This document shows, piece by piece, positions 55,145 through 64,000 of a DNA stretch of 64,000 nt. Position numbers and translations under genes: made by a program. How positions within the stretch are numbered: position 1 is the stretch's first letter; every line of letters begins with the position of its first letter. The notes under the pieces are model-generated. The model was not told the origin of the DNA and did not search any database. It saw nothing but the letters and a program-made list of their open reading frames with translations. The DNA comes from the human T2T-CHM13v2.0 reference genome, Homo sapiens, in assembly GCF_009914755.1 (NCBI RefSeq), contig NC_060944.1, one strand, 5' to 3'.

Positions 55145-56853
55145 TACAAAGCATGGGCTTTGGTTGAGTTCTGATTTTACAAACCAGCTATAAGATGTCA
55201 TGGACAATAGGAGAAATCTGAATGTGGACTAAATATTAGATACTGACAATGCTGTTAATTTTCTTAGGAGTGATCATGGTTCTAGTTATATAGGAGAATA
55301 TCCTTATTTAGGAAATGCATTCTATTATAGTGCTTAAGGTTGAAGCATCATGATGTTTGCAACGTATTTTCAAGTGTTCACTAAAAAAGCAGATGCAGCC
55401 CTTCTGACTAAATGGGAAAAACTGCTGAACGTAGGCACTGGATAGACAGGTATGCCATCAACTACCAATTCCGCATTTTTATCGGTTTAGGTTTTTTTAA
55501 CGAAGGTTGGAAAAAAGCTGGGAACAGCAGACACCAAGCCAGAACAGTCTGTGTGGGTTCGTGTTGCTTTGTTATCAGCTGCTCTTCACCATGGAGGCTT
55601 ACGTGGTCACAGCCCTGGTGCTGTGTTCAGCCAGGCCTGGCACCCACTGAGCACACAAACAGTCACTCACCACTGAATTGTGACGTAGGATTAAGAAGCT
55701 ACCACTCTGGTCATCTAACCCCTCCATCAGCACCGACGGACTGAATCGGGGGTTCTCAAACTGAGGCAATAACCAGGAAATGATGATGATTAACATCTGG
55801 GATTTGGAGTGAAGTGACTATCGGTTATGTAAGTAATCTTTTCAAAAAGCAAGAAGCCATCTTTTCTATCACAATTCAACCGGTTAAGATACAGTTTAAC
55901 TCTGCGATTCCATGAAGCCTGTAAGTCTTTATTCTGGTTTGTCTCACCAGATAACAGCTCCCACTAATGACAACCAGTTTAAAAAAAAAAAAAAAAAAAA
56001 GACTGCAATAGCAGATTCAGTGCATTGCTGGAACAATTAGAAGTGCTCTGTAACAAAAGCAAAGGTTTTCTCCCTCATATTCTATTTTAAGCTATACTTT
56101 TTTTTTAACTAGCTTGATTTTTAAGTCATTTGGCTATAATTTGAGTCCTCCTCCAAAGTTGACAAAACTTCATCGGTAGATATATGTTTTAAAATGCCCC
56201 ACTTCATGTGAAGTTTCAAAGCTTATTTAAACTCAAATTTAAAACAGTAAAGATATTGTAGTTCACTTGGAAAGCTAAGATTTGAATTGTTTTGAGACTG
56301 ACATCTCTGCTTCAGCTGTGACAGGGGATAAGAAAGGACTATCCCTACTATTGACAGAGGCAGACTGAAGAGAATCTCTCACCACTGCCCTCAAAGCACC
56401 ACCAAACTAATTTAGTGTTTCAAGTTCCCTGATATGGCCTGCACTCTGAGCTCTAGATCTTTGTCAGTGCTGTCCTCTGAACCATCTCCCCATCTCCTCA
56501 TCCAGGAAGCAGCAGAGGTGAAGAGTTCCTCCCACTCAACATGTGGGCACTTCACCTCTGTCATATACGTGTCCTATCTGTTGACTCATTCATCCCTTCA
56601 TTAGCCTCTAAGGACATTAAGCATCTTCAACCCTAGGCCTAGAACACTGCTAATAGCCCCAAATCTCCACAGAATAACACTTTCTTGCAAACCCTAGTTT
56701 ATTATTAAGCCTAAATTACTCCAAAGTACTTCTGGGTTAGCCACCTACCCCTCTTACAGCACAAAATCTACACTGAAATATTTTACATTTAGCTCACGGT
56801 TAGCTCCCAGGGCTTTGGTAAACCAAACAACTTCCACCTCTAAAGTTACATAC

Positions 56854-57002
56854 CTGGAAGATGGAGCATGTACTGACCACCCAAAATCTGCAATTTTAAG
56901 CTCTCCAGCTGATCCAAGAAGTAAGTTCTCTGGCTTAATGTCTCTATGAATAACTCTCTTCGAATGACAGTAAGACAGGGCATTTGCCAATTCTGTTATA
57001 TA
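56854..57002 (-). CDS. AURKA: Aurora kinase A exon with HRD and DFG motifs (aa 236-285); earlier exons lie beyond the window
   Basis: 149 nt; CAG|TAT and AG|GTATGT; [49 protein letters not shown]; phase matches the next exon. Confidence 0.98.
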
Positions 57003-57113
57003 CTGTTAAAACAATATTGAAAGCCTATGTTTTAGATTTTATATAACACAAGTTAATATTAGACATCTCTTCCGAAAGGAACACAACATAGATTTAACAT
57101 GGTTTGCAGGTTT

Positions 57114-58876
<1,763 letters not shown>

Positions 58877-60169
58877 CAGAATTTATTTTAACATACAGAT
58901 AACTGTTTGAATATTGAAAAAATATATTTAGCTCTGCCTAAAGTTTGAGAAGAGTTTGCTTTCTACAGCAATTTCTAGACAGGATTGAACATTATTTTAC
59001 ATCAAAAAGGTTTACTAAACAGATGAGTAAAAACCAAATGTCACTGTCAGAATAAACACTTTTCATTCTTTCAGCCCAAAACCGGAGATCAAAATTCAGA
59101 CCACAATAAACTGAAGGCAAATACAAAGAAAGCTGCTCTTCTGACCACCAACTTTGAGTTGCTGATGCTTTAATTGCACACATTAAAGTTTGAGAGGGCA
59201 ATGGATTTCACTCCTCAAATCACTTCCAGACAAGAAGCTATTAGTTTCATGATAGCCCTCTGGCACTGCCACTTCCTCCACACCTCACATGTTGTTAGAT
59301 TGCAGATATGGATAGGTCACTGACATGTCACTACAATTAGTTTTATTTGAATTCATCTGAAAAGGAAAACAGGTACATGTGTATTCATTCTAACTGCTAA
59401 GGAATCTAGACAGAAATGATCTTTCATTTTCTTTCAAACAGCTATCTGCTTACACCAAAACTCCATCTAGATTGAAGCCTTGGGTGTAAGGAGAGAAAAC
59501 AGAGAAGTAGTATAATGTGTAATTTTGTAGTGTTGGTATAAGGTGAATCTTTTAAAGTAGGATATCAATATCAGAAACTGAAGAAAAAGATTAACTGACC
59601 TGAAACAACAAACTACAACCCACCATAAGCAAGATTACCAGGAAAAAAACCAAGGGTAAAATGTGAGTACCTGAGGTAGAGTCACTACCATTAATGAGCA
59701 TAGATTTACTTATTGATCTGTAAGAGAAAGTTGGCCCAAAAGATGAACTCAAAGAAATATTAATTGCCAATTAAATAAGAAGCTGATTTGTTTAGCTAAT
59801 ATTTAAAAAAGCAAATTAGAGATCTATTTCTACTTAGGAGAAGCACAAACATTTAAGATTAAGTCTTTAAAACAGCATGTCATTGTTGCAGAGACAAGAC
59901 CAAAGAGCCATTTGTCCATAGTAGCATGATTTCATCAGATACTGAAAGTAAAATTACTTGAATTTAAATGCCATTTACATCAATGCCAAAAAGAGAACTA
60001 ATGTCCACACTACCCGGAGATCTCCACCAAGAAACAGAAAAAAATCAAAGTAACCACCATTCAACATGCTTTATCAAGCTGCCAATCCAATAAGAAACGG
60101 CCCAAACTAAGACTCTTCAACTTCTTAAAACAAGTAATTTTAATCACATAAAAAAGGAGAAGCAAAAAA

Positions 60170-64000
<3,831 letters not shown>

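Overview
Human (or very close great-ape) genomic DNA, recognised from its proteins as the FAM210B/AURKA locus (chromosome 20q13.2 from recall). The first ~42 kb has no recognisable genes and is dense in repeats: a decayed L1PB-type LINE with its RT core deleted, a 3'-truncated L1PA-type LINE, many Alus, solo LTRs, DNA-transposon relics and an orphan CpG-rich patch. FAM210B is complete on the + strand (3 exons, 579-nt CDS, 192 aa, CpG-island promoter, ~2.4-kb 3' UTR). It converges with the last three coding exons and 3' UTR of AURKA on the - strand, the 3' ends lying ~0.7 kb apart. Nearly all ORFs in the track are repeat- or GC-derived artefacts. I found no convincing new biological system. The best leads are a long hairpin formed by inverted duplication inside a MIR (30.3 kb), a rearrangement scar at the L1PA 3' end, inverted Alus around FAM210B exon 2, an erythroid-type motif cluster in FAM210B intron 1 and a 17-mer repeat carrying RUNX motifs in an AURKA intron. 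Repeat subfamily names and many repeat boundaries are by eye and approximate.
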